From a virus (Duplodnaviria; Caudoviricetes), in IMG/VR virus record IMGVR_UViG_2700988920_000001, positions 13,838-77,837 of that record: a stretch of 64,000 bases of DNA; one strand, 5' to 3'. Under the pieces are notes generated by a model. It did not search any database, was not told where the DNA came from, and saw only the letters and a program-made list of their open reading frames with translations. Made by a program: the position numbers and the translations under genes. This document shows positions 45,116 through 55,304 of the stretch, in pieces (the stretch's first letter is position 1; each line of letters starts with the position of its first letter).

Positions 45116-46360
45116 TTAAGCGCCAACGTTTACAAGCTCAAAGGCCTCGTCATAGAGACGTGTCACGTGCTGACCGTAGTCCATACGCAAGGCTTGAGCA
45201 CGGCGTAGAACGAAACGCTCTACAGCCTCATATGACGCGAACACGTTCACAACTTTACGAAGAGCAAAGCGTGTGTCTAGGAATAGAGACATGTCCGCAC
45301 CAACAATCGCGTCGTCAATCAACAGAACTGGCACGTTGCCTAGCATGAAGTTAACAGGACGCATTTGAGTGTTAAGACGACCGTCAGTGCCGTCATCTTG
45401 AGTCACGACAGGGCGACCAGAACGTTCTTGGTACTTCAAGTACGTGTCTAGACCCATGATTGCTGCGTTTAGGCTGCGTTTTTGGTATTCAGAGTGCAGA
45501 ATCTTCAAGAACGCTTTCTGAGTTACACCGTTACCGCCGCCAGCAGAGCTATCAAACGAAGAGATGTTCTTCGCTGTTAGCGCAGTCATGCCGTTGTCTT
45601 TGTCACCCATGATGATGGCTTTGATATCGCCTTCAACCATACGGATACGTTCACCACGAGTCTGAGCCTCTACCGCAGTAGCTACTAGATCTAGGGAAGC
45701 GTATTGAGCAGCTTCGTCAGTGATACGAATACCAATTGACTTGGTTGCGATACGGCGTGAGGTGTCAGACGCTGTGATGCTTAGCATTACTTGAGGCTCG
45801 TCATCTTGGCCGATTGGCATAGATTTAGAGTCTTCTGGTCCTGTCACATTGATGATCGGTTGAATGTAGTGAGCGCCAGCGATTGACTCGTTTACAGCGA
45901 TCATCGAGTTGAAGCCTTGTTCAACGTCTGAGTTGTCACGTTGAAGTGATGAACGAATACGGTCCATCAAGATTTCAGGGTAGAACATACGACCAGCTAC
46001 CGAACCATCGTTACCGCCAGGGGCTACGATGCTGCCAGGACCGTTAGAAGTAGCGTCAAGACCCATAGCGCCTGGGGCCATGCCAGCGAATACTTGCGCC
46101 ATAGAAGGCGATACGATACCACGGCTTGCGTCTGCTTTAGGGTAGATACCTACAGACTGACATACTTGATCAAAAGGTTGACCGTAAGTGTGGTCAGCGC
46201 CTTCTTTGCTTAGCTTGGCATTTACGTGTTGGCGTAAAGAAATGCCAGACTTCGCAGCAGCTTTATAGTCGCTCAAGTTAAGCTCAGCTTCTTTCATCTG
46301 AGCTTGACCGTTAGCGCCTTGCTGCATAAAACGAACTTTTACGTTATTTTGTTCACTCAT
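45116..46360 (-). CDS. Major capsid protein
   Basis: 414 aa after protease and decoration genes; high-expression codon bias; followed by a terminator. Confidence 0.85.
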   Translation of the reverse strand: MSEQNNVKVRFMQQGANGQAQMKEAELNLSDYKAAAKSGISLRQHVNAKLSKEGADHTYGQPFDQVCQSVGIYPKADASRGIVSPSMAQVFAGMAPGAMGLDATSNGPGSIVAPGGNDGSVAGRMFYPEILMDRIRSSLQRDNSDVEQGFNSMIAVNESIAGAHYIQPIINVTGPEDSKSMPIGQDDEPQVMLSITASDTSRRIATKSIGIRITDEAAQYASLDLVATAVEAQTRGERIRMVEGDIKAIIMGDKDNGMTALTAKNISSFDSSAGGGNGVTQKAFLKILHSEYQKRSLNAAIMGLDTYLKYQERSGRPVVTQDDGTDGRLNTQMRPVNFMLGNVPVLLIDDAIVGADMSLFLDTRFALRKVVNVFASYEAVERFVLRRAQALRMDYGQHVTRLYDEAFELVNVGA

Positions 46361-46406
46361 TTTCTCTATCCCTTCAATAAGTTGCTGAGCAAGTCTAACG
46401 GTTTAG

Positions 46407-46868
46407 TTAGATACGTTCAATGATAACTTTACAGTTAGCTGCAGTCTTGTCACCAAGGATTTCGTAAATGCGCCAGCGGCTCTTAGTCGCAGCTTGATCG
46501 GCAGCAACTTTTACAAGGCCTTTGATGTACGGATCAGCTACTCCGACTTTGTCGCCTAACGCAGCTTGAGCTTCAGCGACTACAAGGCTACCAACTGCCG
46601 CAGTGTTAGCAGTTTTAACCGCTACAGCAAGGCGAAGACCTTTCTTAACCGTACCGAACGGGAAGCCGTCGTTAACAGTAAACTCGCGGAAAGACTCGAT
46701 CTGACCGTCGATCAGGTCGTCAGCGCCACAAAGCTCAAAAGATTTCTCTGCCAGCTTAACAAGCTTACCCAGATCGCCCATACCGACTTGATTGTCGGCA
46801 ACGCCGATAGCTTCACCGTCTTTAACGTCATTTACGCCAACTTTAAGGCCGCGTTTGAATTCAGTCAT
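46407..46868 (-). CDS. Head decoration protein
   Basis: 153 aa beta-rich protein between protease and capsid genes. Confidence 0.7.
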   Translation of the reverse strand: MTEFKRGLKVGVNDVKDGEAIGVADNQVGMGDLGKLVKLAEKSFELCGADDLIDGQIESFREFTVNDGFPFGTVKKGLRLAVAVKTANTAAVGSLVVAEAQAALGDKVGVADPYIKGLVKVAADQAATKSRWRIYEILGDKTAANCKVIIERI

Positions 46869-46883
46869 GAGATTAACCCCTAA

Positions 46884-48359
46884 TTATGATGGTTTATGGA
46901 TTGTGCAGAACGTATTGTCTACATTTGCGGCCGAGTCACGGTTTTCAACGTTAGCCTGCGACTTTGGTCCACCAATGCTGAAAGTTTCAGAGAACATAGT
47001 ATTGCTTTTCTCGTACATTTTAGCAAGAGAAGCTGCTGACAGCTCACTTGTGTCAGTAGGTGCTTGACCTAGAGCCACTTGAAGGCGTTCGATTGATGCT
47101 TGAGCGATTGGTTTTAGCGATGCTATAGCGCCTTCAGCAGCAGCAAGCTTAGTTTCCAATTGAACAATTTTGTCTTCTAACTTGACGTTAGTGCTTGTTA
47201 GTTCGGTAACTTTAGCGAACATTTCAGAGAAACCAGCAGACGCTTCAGCCGCAGGAACTACAGCAGCAGCTTCTTCAGTCTGTTCTGTGTTTTCAGTTTC
47301 TTCTGTAGTTTCGGTGGTTTCTTCAGTTTCAGTCTCTTCAGACTCTTCCTGTTCTTCCACTTCTTCTGCTTTAACCTTTGCGCCTAGAGCAGCCGCAGCG
47401 AGTGCTGTTTCGTCTAGCACAGCTTTCTTCTTACCTTTAAGCATTTCATCACCATTACTTAGTTCAGTGGTTGAGTTTTCGGCAGCAGAAAACTGTGCCT
47501 GACCATTACTATTATCATAATTAGATGATAAGTTGGCAACAACCTTATCAAATGTTTGAATTTCGTCAATAAGGCCGAGCTGTAAACTTTCTTCTGCGAA
47601 GAAGGTTTTACCTTCTGCCCACACATCTTTTGACGCCGCAGACAATTGTGTACGACCACGTACCATCGCGTCAATGAAAAATCCGTACAGTTTCTCAGCT
47701 TTTGACTCCGCTTCTTTGATCGCTTCTTCGCTGATAGGTTCAGCAGGGTTGCCGAGTGCTTTATATTTACCAGCACGAACCACTTTAAGATCGATGCCCA
47801 TCTTTTTGTACATTTCGCTGTAAGAAGCCATGGTAATGATCACACCGACAGACCCTTGCTCAGAAACTTTGTTAGCCGTGATTTTGCGTGCTGAAGAAGC
47901 CAACCACATGCCAGCAGAAAAAGTGAACATCGAAGTGTGCGCTTCGATAGGCTTAACGTTGCGGTCAATGTTTACCAAGAACTCTGACAAGTCACTGATA
48001 CCGTGGGCAGAACCACCGCCAGTATTGATCTCCATCAAGATACTTGAAATCTCTTCGTCCATAGCCAGAGAGTGAGCCGCGTCGCGAATCTCATCATAAG
48101 ACACTACGCCAAAGAAGCGATTCCAGAAGCTGTACTGGTTACTTAGCGATCCGTTGACGTGAATGATACCAACATTACCTTCAACCTGAATAAGGTGTTT
48201 ACCGATGCCAGCATGTTTGTCATCTTCATCGTCGTCATCGTCTACGCCGAAAAACGCTTTCGCGTCTTTGGTTGGGCTTTCCAAGAACGCGCTAAGCTTC
48301 ATGATGCGCTCAAGGCTGTCTTGAGTTCCCAACCACATGTTATTTAAAGTCAATTTCAT
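46884..48359 (-). CDS. S49 prohead protease with scaffold extension
   Basis: INTGGG, SAGMWLAS, GSVGVI, AGKYK; acidic coiled-coil C-terminus. Confidence 0.9.
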   Translation of the reverse strand: MKLTLNNMWLGTQDSLERIMKLSAFLESPTKDAKAFFGVDDDDDEDDKHAGIGKHLIQVEGNVGIIHVNGSLSNQYSFWNRFFGVVSYDEIRDAAHSLAMDEEISSILMEINTGGGSAHGISDLSEFLVNIDRNVKPIEAHTSMFTFSAGMWLASSARKITANKVSEQGSVGVIITMASYSEMYKKMGIDLKVVRAGKYKALGNPAEPISEEAIKEAESKAEKLYGFFIDAMVRGRTQLSAASKDVWAEGKTFFAEESLQLGLIDEIQTFDKVVANLSSNYDNSNGQAQFSAAENSTTELSNGDEMLKGKKKAVLDETALAAAALGAKVKAEEVEEQEESEETETEETTETTEETENTEQTEEAAAVVPAAEASAGFSEMFAKVTELTSTNVKLEDKIVQLETKLAAAEGAIASLKPIAQASIERLQVALGQAPTDTSELSAASLAKMYEKSNTMFSETFSIGGPKSQANVENRDSAANVDNTFCTIHKPS

Positions 48360-48369
48360 TTGTCGTCAC

Positions 48370-49818
48370 CTATTGAGAATCGCCGCCAGCCTTGCTAGGC
48401 GTGCCAGGGGTAAGAGTCTGTTCCATGCCGCCTGTATTATCTGGTTCACCGTTGTAAGTATTTGATTCACTTTTATCTAGGAATCTTGTACCAGAAAGTT
48501 TAGGCATCTCAGCTCGGTAAGGTCGGCCAAGGTCTAAACAGGCTTGTTCGTCAGAGATAATACCAAGAGAAAGCTGGTTTAGTATACGCTGTTGACGAGT
48601 CATCTTATACGCTTCACGCTCGCTGTCAGGGCGAAGCTCAATCGGGTCCATGACAAACTTAACGTAACCTTTGACGCCTAGAAGACGTGTAGCCAGAGTC
48701 AAAGCACGACTCATTACGTCACAAACAGGTCCTTGAATAGCTTTGGCGATCTTCAAGTAGATAAGCGTCTCAGAGTTTGCCAACGACTGAGAACCTTCGC
48801 TTCGAATACCGAGAATAGACGGAGGCGCTTTTAGTGAGGTGGCCTGCATGTTACTTACCTGTTGAAGCAGCGGCACGTAATCAGCTTTCTGTCCGCCGAT
48901 GTCAGCGACGTCAACGTCCATACTGTCGTAAACCACCACACCATCTTCAGGACGTAACTCTGACACAGCACGTTGTACTTGGCTCTGTACGTCTGTCATG
49001 TACGCCATCATTTTAGACTCATCGTCACGCACTTCTTCAGAGGCTGACGCACGTACCTTGTCAGAATTTAAGGTAACCACTAGTCGACTGTGACCAGAGC
49101 GGAACACTACGCGACGCATGTCGTCAATGAAATCGTTGTTCTGGAAGGTGTCGATCAGAGATGACTTATACATAGGAGTCGCGTAAGTTTCGTTAGCACC
49201 TAAGTTAAGTTCACTGATAAAGAAGTTGGCAATATCAAGCTCAATGTCGTTACCGCCACCTGCTGAAGGTTTTTGCTTAGGGAAGACCATTCCGTCATCC
49301 TTCTGCACGTACGTCAGAGTTTCGTAAGCAACAGACTGAAGACGATCAGGAAGGCCAGACTTATCAAGCACAAGCTCAGCCGCCACCGCACCAGACACGG
49401 CAGCTTCGCGCAAAGACGTCTCAACAAATTGACGTACAGTAGGCTTCTTGTTGAATTTCTTGGTGTAGTCGTTCAACGTGTCCATGCGTGCGATAATTTG
49501 GTTGGCTACGTTAGTCACATCCTGACTAAATTCGCCTGTTACACTGTCATATCCTACTGCGCGAAAGTTAGTAAGCGCCAAATGCACAATAGAGAACACA
49601 GCATTACTGGTGTATCGCTCATCGGTAGCCAAACGACGTATCGCTTTTACTACGTCCGTCTCCTGACGGATATCACCGATCTGTAGCGTTCGGTTTTGTT
49701 CAGTAGGTCGACGAATGTCTTGACCTGGATTGACGTTCCCTTGAGGCGGTGCAGAGACAACTTTAGTGTTGACTTTTCTAGGTAGCACCGCGTCAATGGA
49801 GTTAGGTGTTTTTGCCAT
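48370..49818 (-). CDS. Portal protein
   Basis: 482 aa upstream of the protease; PPSILG; LGIISDEQA. Confidence 0.8.
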   Translation of the reverse strand: MAKTPNSIDAVLPRKVNTKVVSAPPQGNVNPGQDIRRPTEQNRTLQIGDIRQETDVVKAIRRLATDERYTSNAVFSIVHLALTNFRAVGYDSVTGEFSQDVTNVANQIIARMDTLNDYTKKFNKKPTVRQFVETSLREAAVSGAVAAELVLDKSGLPDRLQSVAYETLTYVQKDDGMVFPKQKPSAGGGNDIELDIANFFISELNLGANETYATPMYKSSLIDTFQNNDFIDDMRRVVFRSGHSRLVVTLNSDKVRASASEEVRDDESKMMAYMTDVQSQVQRAVSELRPEDGVVVYDSMDVDVADIGGQKADYVPLLQQVSNMQATSLKAPPSILGIRSEGSQSLANSETLIYLKIAKAIQGPVCDVMSRALTLATRLLGVKGYVKFVMDPIELRPDSEREAYKMTRQQRILNQLSLGIISDEQACLDLGRPYRAEMPKLSGTRFLDKSESNTYNGEPDNTGGMEQTLTPGTPSKAGGDSQ

Positions 49819-49891
49819 GGACGGTTTCTCCTGTGATAGCTTAAGAGTAGTATGCTATTTTAACGACGTGAATTCTATAGGAGACGCAATA

Positions 49892-51766
49892 ATGTCTGCA
49901 CCCGACACAGAAAATGAAGTCTTTAAACTCAACCCAATCGCCCAAGGCTTCCTAGATAGGCTTATCTTAGCCCTAGATACAGAGGCCGCTTACGGCAACA
50001 TGACTAACTGGATCGAGAAAAACACCATGCTAGAAGGGCGTGCGTTCTCGTTCAAAGATCACGAATTTCAGATTGACATCATAAACGACACTAGCCGTCG
50101 TGTCGTGGTGAGAAAATGTTCACAGGTGGGTTTGTCAGAGTGTTCTGCCCGTTTGGCGATTGGTGTAACCGCTACAGCCAAAGATAGCCACTTCATCTAC
50201 GTAATGCCTACCAAAGCGTTTGCTGGATCGTTTGCAACTTCGCGTATACAGCCAATCATCAACAACTCTGAGGTAGTTAAGGCGATGACCACGATGGGAT
50301 CGTCTAAATCCACCTTCCTGAAAGAGATCGGCACCAGCTTCTTGCACATCGGTGGTACGGCGGGGTCAACTTCAGGCGCTATCTCAGTACCTGCTAAGCG
50401 CCTGTTCTTCGACGAATTCGACTTCTGCGACCCTCGCGTATCAGGTCAGTACGAGTCACGTTTAAAGCACGCACCTGAATGCTCAGAAACGCACGTAAAA
50501 GGCTGGATCACTTGGTTCTCAACTCCAACCCTTCCGTATTACGGAGTAGACGAGAAGTTCCAAAACTCAGACCAGAAACACTACAACGTTATCTGTAACG
50601 GTTGTAAGACTTGCTTCGCACCAGACTACGAACGCGACATTAAGATACCCGGCACGCCTGAAGGTTGGAAAATCAAATCGCTCACACCAGAAGACGTCCA
50701 CTTAGACCGATATCAGTTCGATAAAGCTTATATGGCGTGTCCTGAGTGCGGTAAGGACGTTTGGGAAGAGCTTTGTACGCCAGAAAATCGCAAGTGGGTG
50801 CCAAAATACCCTGGCCGTAAAATCTCAGGCTGGCAAGTCCACCCGTGGGACTGTCCAAAGATCAACTCGATACCTTCCATCATCCAGCAGATCACAGGTT
50901 ACGAGAACTTTGCCGACTACTACAACTTCACCGTCGGGCTTCCATACGAAGACAACACCAACTCTTTCGTTTCTGGCCCAATCCTAGGCGATGTACACCG
51001 TTGTGTGTGGAACCCTGACGGAGGAAGCGGATACTTCATGGGCGTCGACGTTGGCCGAACTTCTCATATCATTATTGGCAAGCCTAAGTGGTCAGGCACT
51101 GGCGCAGGCAGACGCACGCTGATCGAAGTGCACTACCTAGAGCGACACAGAACAACAAAAGACAAACCTCTAGCGAATCGAGTTATCGAGCTGATGAAGT
51201 TCTACGGCGTGCGCTGCTGTGTTATCGACTCGCAGCCAGAGTTCTCAACCGTCAACACCGTAGCGGCAAAATACCCTACGAAAACGTTCGGTTGCGAGTA
51301 CCAAGAAAACCGACCAGCCGATCAGAAAGCGACGAAAGAAAGTAAGGAGTTGTCGAACATCAAGATCAAGGAAGACGCTAACATCGTGAAAGCCTTCCGC
51401 ACAGGTACATTCAACGACCTAATGAAGATGCACAACGGCGGCATGATCGTCTATCCTGCAATGGTCAACGACACAGTAAAACAGGAGCTTCACGAAGCGG
51501 CAGACAACTTCAAGAACTTGAAAAAGGTTCGTCAGCCTACGCCAACAGGCGAAGTGAAGGAGTCTTACGTGAAACTGAACGGCAACGACCACTATCTTCA
51601 CGCACTGAACTACCTAGCGATGGCAATAGAAATCAAAGGGGCGATTGAATACTCTTCAGATAGCGCTGCGCCAATGACTATCGGCGCTTTCAACTCTTAC
51701 GGCAAGCAGGACAACAAGCCTGCGGTGTTGGTAGGTTCTGAGCGTAATAACATGCGACGCATGTAG
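49892..51766 (+). CDS. terL: Terminase large subunit, lambda GpA-like
   Basis: VRKCSQVGLSE, FFDEFD, FSTPT, CxxC pairs, MGVDVG, DHYLHA; AGGAG RBS before ATG 49892. Confidence 0.92.
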   Translation: MSAPDTENEVFKLNPIAQGFLDRLILALDTEAAYGNMTNWIEKNTMLEGRAFSFKDHEFQIDIINDTSRRVVVRKCSQVGLSECSARLAIGVTATAKDSHFIYVMPTKAFAGSFATSRIQPIINNSEVVKAMTTMGSSKSTFLKEIGTSFLHIGGTAGSTSGAISVPAKRLFFDEFDFCDPRVSGQYESRLKHAPECSETHVKGWITWFSTPTLPYYGVDEKFQNSDQKHYNVICNGCKTCFAPDYERDIKIPGTPEGWKIKSLTPEDVHLDRYQFDKAYMACPECGKDVWEELCTPENRKWVPKYPGRKISGWQVHPWDCPKINSIPSIIQQITGYENFADYYNFTVGLPYEDNTNSFVSGPILGDVHRCVWNPDGGSGYFMGVDVGRTSHIIIGKPKWSGTGAGRRTLIEVHYLERHRTTKDKPLANRVIELMKFYGVRCCVIDSQPEFSTVNTVAAKYPTKTFGCEYQENRPADQKATKESKELSNIKIKEDANIVKAFRTGTFNDLMKMHNGGMIVYPAMVNDTVKQELHEAADNFKNLKKVRQPTPTGEVKESYVKLNGNDHYLHALNYLAMAIEIKGAIEYSSDSAAPMTIGAFNSYGKQDNKPAVLVGSERNNMRRM

Positions 51767-51769
51767 AAA

Positions 51770-51857
51770 GAAAAATGCCGCGACTCATGGACAAGAAGTC
51801 GCGGCAATAACCGAGCTCACTCGGTTTAAGCTATACGCCAGGCTACACCCAACCCTT
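51770..51857 (-). ncRNA. Candidate small RNA
   Basis: TTGTAA-N17-GATATT (51891-51863), two hairpins, terminator TGCCGCGACT...AGTCGCGGCA-TTTTT. Confidence 0.4.
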
Positions 51858-51925
51858 AGTACAATATCGACTTTAGCGGATGTGGTTACAAATTGAAAGG
51901 CTAATTTAGCTTATCGGGACAAAAC

Positions 51926-51949
51926 AAAGGCCGCAATTGCGGCCTTTTT
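51926..51949. terminator. Bidirectional terminator
   Basis: AAAGGCCGC-aatt-GCGGCCTTTTT. Confidence 0.8.
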
Positions 51950-52020
51950 ATTTAGTTCAACAGATTGGACTTGGGGGATGGGGGAGTGTCCGCTCTATAA
52001 AACTAAATGTGTGTTGTACG

Positions 52021-52365
52021 TTACGTATGTTCGGCTTGGCTGACTTCTACTGGCTCTTGTTCAGGGCCGACATTCAATTTGTTTGGCTTAATTGGCCGGG
52101 CTTCCTTCAATCCCTGACCCTGAAGCGTATTGATTAGGTCGTTCGCCGTCTCTAACCAGAGCGTATTTGTCGTCAAACTGGACAGCCACTTCAGGCATTT
52201 TACCAGCAAACGCGTTAAGAAGCGCTCCACAATCACCGTCCACGGTGTCTTTTCTACGAATTTCTTCACTACGTCTTTGACAGATTGCAGTAAGATGCCT
52301 GCTAACAGGTCTTTCACCACAATCTCAAACATAGCCTTGAAAAAGGCGATAATCGCTACTTTCAT
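52021..52365 (-). CDS. Amphipathic/membrane protein, possible holin-like
   Basis: AAGGA RBS before MKVAIIAFF; hydrophobic and amphipathic helices. Confidence 0.55.
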   Translation of the reverse strand: MKVAIIAFFKAMFEIVVKDLLAGILLQSVKDVVKKFVEKTPWTVIVERFLTRLLVKCLKWLSSLTTNTLWLETANDLINTLQGQGLKEARPIKPNKLNVGPEQEPVEVSQAEHT

Positions 52366-52513
52366 GGTATTTTCCTTAAATTTGAGAGATTTTAAGCGAA
52401 AAGAGCTTAATTTTTCACAAAACAAGCCCATTTTACGGCGTTTTTGAGCAAAATCGAGCCAATTTTGGTCTAAATCGTCTCGATTCTATCAGAAAGTTGA
52501 CCGTTATTGAGCT

Positions 52514-53146
52514 TTATTTGTCGGCTCGACAGTAAATCTTACATTGCTTTTCTAGCTCAGCCACAAATTCTCGCTTAAAGTCTTCGCCGTGTCCGCTCGT
52601 CACTTCCATGATTGCCGCTTCTAATGCCTGAATTCGGCGCAGGTTGACCACGCTTTCCATGTTCTTACGGATAACTTCACCGAAATTACGACACGCGTCA
52701 AGTACCGATTTCGCCTCAGAGACCGAAATACCACTTCGAATACCGCGCCCAGAAGGATTCATTACCTGAAGTCTGAGCGCGTTAACCAGGTTACGCTGCA
52801 AACCTAACTCTTCCATCATGTCGAAGTCGGTGTCTACCGCGTCGACCTGCAAAATCTCAGGAGGAAGCAAGTCGACCAGCGTTTGCAGTTCAGCAGGCTG
52901 AAGCAGTTTGGACTTCAGACCTTCAGAAATGATGTCGATTGCATCGAGGAAAGGCGAAGTGCCGTTAGAAGCTGAGCGCACGTTATCTTGCGCCATCACC
53001 AATTTAGCCCGAGCGTTAACTGCTTTGGTAGTCTGCTCTTCTGTCAGGTCTTCGGCCTGCTCTTCTGGTGACTTGCTTAACTCGTGAAACAGGTGATCGG
53101 CGTCGTCGCCAGTTAGAAAATCATCATCGTCGTCGTACTGTGACAT
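52514..53146 (-). CDS. Helical protein, candidate terminase small subunit
   Basis: 210 aa near terL; no diagnostic motif. Confidence 0.4.
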   Translation of the reverse strand: MSQYDDDDDFLTGDDADHLFHELSKSPEEQAEDLTEEQTTKAVNARAKLVMAQDNVRSASNGTSPFLDAIDIISEGLKSKLLQPAELQTLVDLLPPEILQVDAVDTDFDMMEELGLQRNLVNALRLQVMNPSGRGIRSGISVSEAKSVLDACRNFGEVIRKNMESVVNLRRIQALEAAIMEVTSGHGEDFKREFVAELEKQCKIYCRADK

Positions 53147-53203
53147 GGTGTAAATCCTGTCTTTGGTTGGGTACTTCCAGTCTATGATATTTCTGTGTCG
53201 CAG

Positions 53204-53291
53204 AAAAGGAAAAGCCCCGACTGAACTTAATCAGTCGGGGCTTGCCATGCCTTATCAACCAGATACCGAGTTATCCGCGCTTCCGTATCTG
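53204..53291 (-). ncRNA. Candidate small RNA or attenuated leader
   Basis: TTGACA-N17-TACTAT (53326-53298), GGA-containing hairpin, strong terminator. Confidence 0.55.
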
Positions 53292-53333
53292 TTGTTGATA
53301 GTAAGCGTTGGTTTAGGGTTTGTCAACACCGTC

Positions 53334-53690
53334 CTAAGTAGCTTGTTCTACTATACGATCTAGAATCATACCTAGTCGGCTGTTGCTGTCTATTTTGAAG
53401 TTGCCTGTAAGCAGCCAATTGAAGAAGCAGTAAGGCCACAGCAGCCACTGAAACACAACGAGAAGGCAGTACAGGATACGCCACCCTACCACGCCAGTCT
53501 TGTTGTAAGTGCTGCAACGGTAGAGCGTGTAACCACTAAGAGCTTCTTCAAGAGCTTCTCTAGCTTCACTTTTCTCGTCCCAATTTTTTACTAGTTTAAG
53601 ACTGTCTAGTTTATCCACAACGCTATCAATCAATACATCTTTGTCGTGGCACCACACCGATCTGTGGTTTACGTAACGCTTGTTAATCAT
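53334..53690 (-). CDS. Hypothetical membrane protein
   Basis: Trp-rich hydrophobic segment; GGAG RBS. Confidence 0.7.
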   Translation of the reverse strand: MINKRYVNHRSVWCHDKDVLIDSVVDKLDSLKLVKNWDEKSEAREALEEALSGYTLYRCSTYNKTGVVGWRILYCLLVVFQWLLWPYCFFNWLLTGNFKIDSNSRLGMILDRIVEQAT

Positions 53691-53720
53691 TTATTTTCTC
53701 CGTCTGGTTTGTCAATAAGG

Positions 53721-54296
53721 TTACGGCGTAAGTTTTCTAGAAGTTGGTTCTTCTGGCGGACTAGGCTTGCACGGCGAAGCCAACACCTCACGCTCTTCCT
53801 CACTCAGAATCTCACGATTACGCACAAAGTTCATTGGGTGATCGTGTATTGACCGAAGCGCTTTGATGTCACCGACGTAAAAACGAATCGCCTCTAAATC
53901 GCCAGAGCTGATCACCTTTTGCAGATCGATAAGTTTGTTAATCTCCAAACCTAACACCTCTTCTGCACGAGTCTGGCCAGATTTGACGTAAGAGATAGTT
54001 TCCTCTTTCGCTGGTTCAGTTGATTTATGTGGAAGAGAAGAAGCAGCAGGTCTAGGCAGAATACGTCGGCCATGATATATTTCGTCGCAACGCTCACAAT
54101 ACTTAGGTAACTCACCACCCTTACAAGCTGTGAAAACGTTGAGCGCTTCTACATCAAGCTCGAAACCGCGCATCTCGTGAAAGCCAAGCTTACAACGAAG
54201 CGAGTTAGGCTTCGTCGGCGCGATACGTGAGAGTTTCATCCCACCAACATCAACTTCGACCATCTTGTGTGGTTGATATCCTGACATACTACTCAC
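53721..54296 (-). CDS. Hypothetical protein with C/H Zn motif
   Basis: LRCKLGFH...CERC. Confidence 0.7.
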   Translation of the reverse strand: MSSMSGYQPHKMVEVDVGGMKLSRIAPTKPNSLRCKLGFHEMRGFELDVEALNVFTACKGGELPKYCERCDEIYHGRRILPRPAASSLPHKSTEPAKEETISYVKSGQTRAEEVLGLEINKLIDLQKVISSGDLEAIRFYVGDIKALRSIHDHPMNFVRNREILSEEEREVLASPCKPSPPEEPTSRKLTP

Positions 54297-54840
54297 CTTC
54301 CTCTTCGACAGGCTCTACCAAATTCGACAAAACAATCATGCCGCCTTCACCGTCAAACGCCAGGCCGAGAACGTCAGCAATCTCTTCATTCATAGCAATG
54401 AACTGTTCAGCACGAGCGTTCTTCTCGTCTTCATCAAGTCCGCCATGCACCAACTCAATCGCCTCCTTCTGAAGCGCTCTCGCCAACATCAAGAACATCG
54501 CCACGGCTTTGTTAGAACTTGTGTAGATCTGCTTGTCGCCTTCAGCCAGATCGGAAGTTGCGATTTTACTGGTCTTAACTTCAATCTCGCCCAGAAGAAG
54601 CTCAAGCAAATCTTCTAACTTGAAGCCGTCTTTGTGGTCGAAAGTCATCAAGATCGGGTTGTTGATAAGCGGTTTGATAAGTTCGTGAACTTCGCTGATT
54701 GCGTTTACGCGAGCGGCGTGCTCACGTTTATGACCTTCGGATTTTGTAACTAAAATCTCGTGAACAGATTTAGCTTTGAGCTCCATAATTTGGCGGACGA
54801 TTTTGCTTAGTTGTTTGTCAAATGCGTTTAAGTTTTCCAT
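54289..54840 (-). CDS. Hypothetical protein
   Basis: AAGGA RBS, 183 aa. Confidence 0.75.
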   Translation of the reverse strand: MENLNAFDKQLSKIVRQIMELKAKSVHEILVTKSEGHKREHAARVNAISEVHELIKPLINNPILMTFDHKDGFKLEDLLELLLGEIEVKTSKIATSDLAEGDKQIYTSSNKAVAMFLMLARALQKEAIELVHGGLDEDEKNARAEQFIAMNEEIADVLGLAFDGEGGMIVLSNLVEPVEEEGE

Positions 54841-54868
54841 GGTTATTTTTCCTTTTTAGCTGCTGCGG

Positions 54869-55276
54869 CTACCAACGAGAAACGACGTAAGCTATATCGC
54901 CACTCTTAATGCCTTGTTTGATGAGACGGTCATACTCGTCTTCTGAGCGCGCACGACCCAAACGAACTTCGCCGTGACCAAACACAAACAGCTTCTTGAT
55001 TGAGTCGTCAAAATACGCTTCACGGAATAGCTTACCTTCGAGACTCGCCACTTCATCGCGCAACATTTTCTCAGTTTGGATGACTGCCTTGTCGATTTGC
55101 TCCTGAAGCTTGTTCATCAGTTCTAGCGAGTTGAGAAGCGCTTGTGGCATCGAGTCCGCTCCTGTCGACACTTGCCAGGAATTTTTGTCTCCGCCTGAAG
55201 TGTTCGTGTCGCCTAATGCGAGTTTGACGATAGATTTGGTGTCGTCGTATTGGTGATAGCTTGTCGATACTTGCAT
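54869..55276 (-). CDS. Hypothetical protein
   Basis: 135 aa with RBS. Confidence 0.75.
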   Translation of the reverse strand: MQVSTSYHQYDDTKSIVKLALGDTNTSGGDKNSWQVSTGADSMPQALLNSLELMNKLQEQIDKAVIQTEKMLRDEVASLEGKLFREAYFDDSIKKLFVFGHGEVRLGRARSEDEYDRLIKQGIKSGDIAYVVSRW

Positions 55277-55304
55277 GGTTATTTCCCCTTCTTAGCTAGA
55301 GTTT

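Noticed and set aside
49766-49891. N-terminal extension of terL overlapping the portal gene
   Set aside because: Better start with AGGAG at 49892; the extension overlaps a divergent gene
53611-53619. Perfect DnaA box TTATCCACA
   Set aside because: Single copy inside a coding region; compatible with chance
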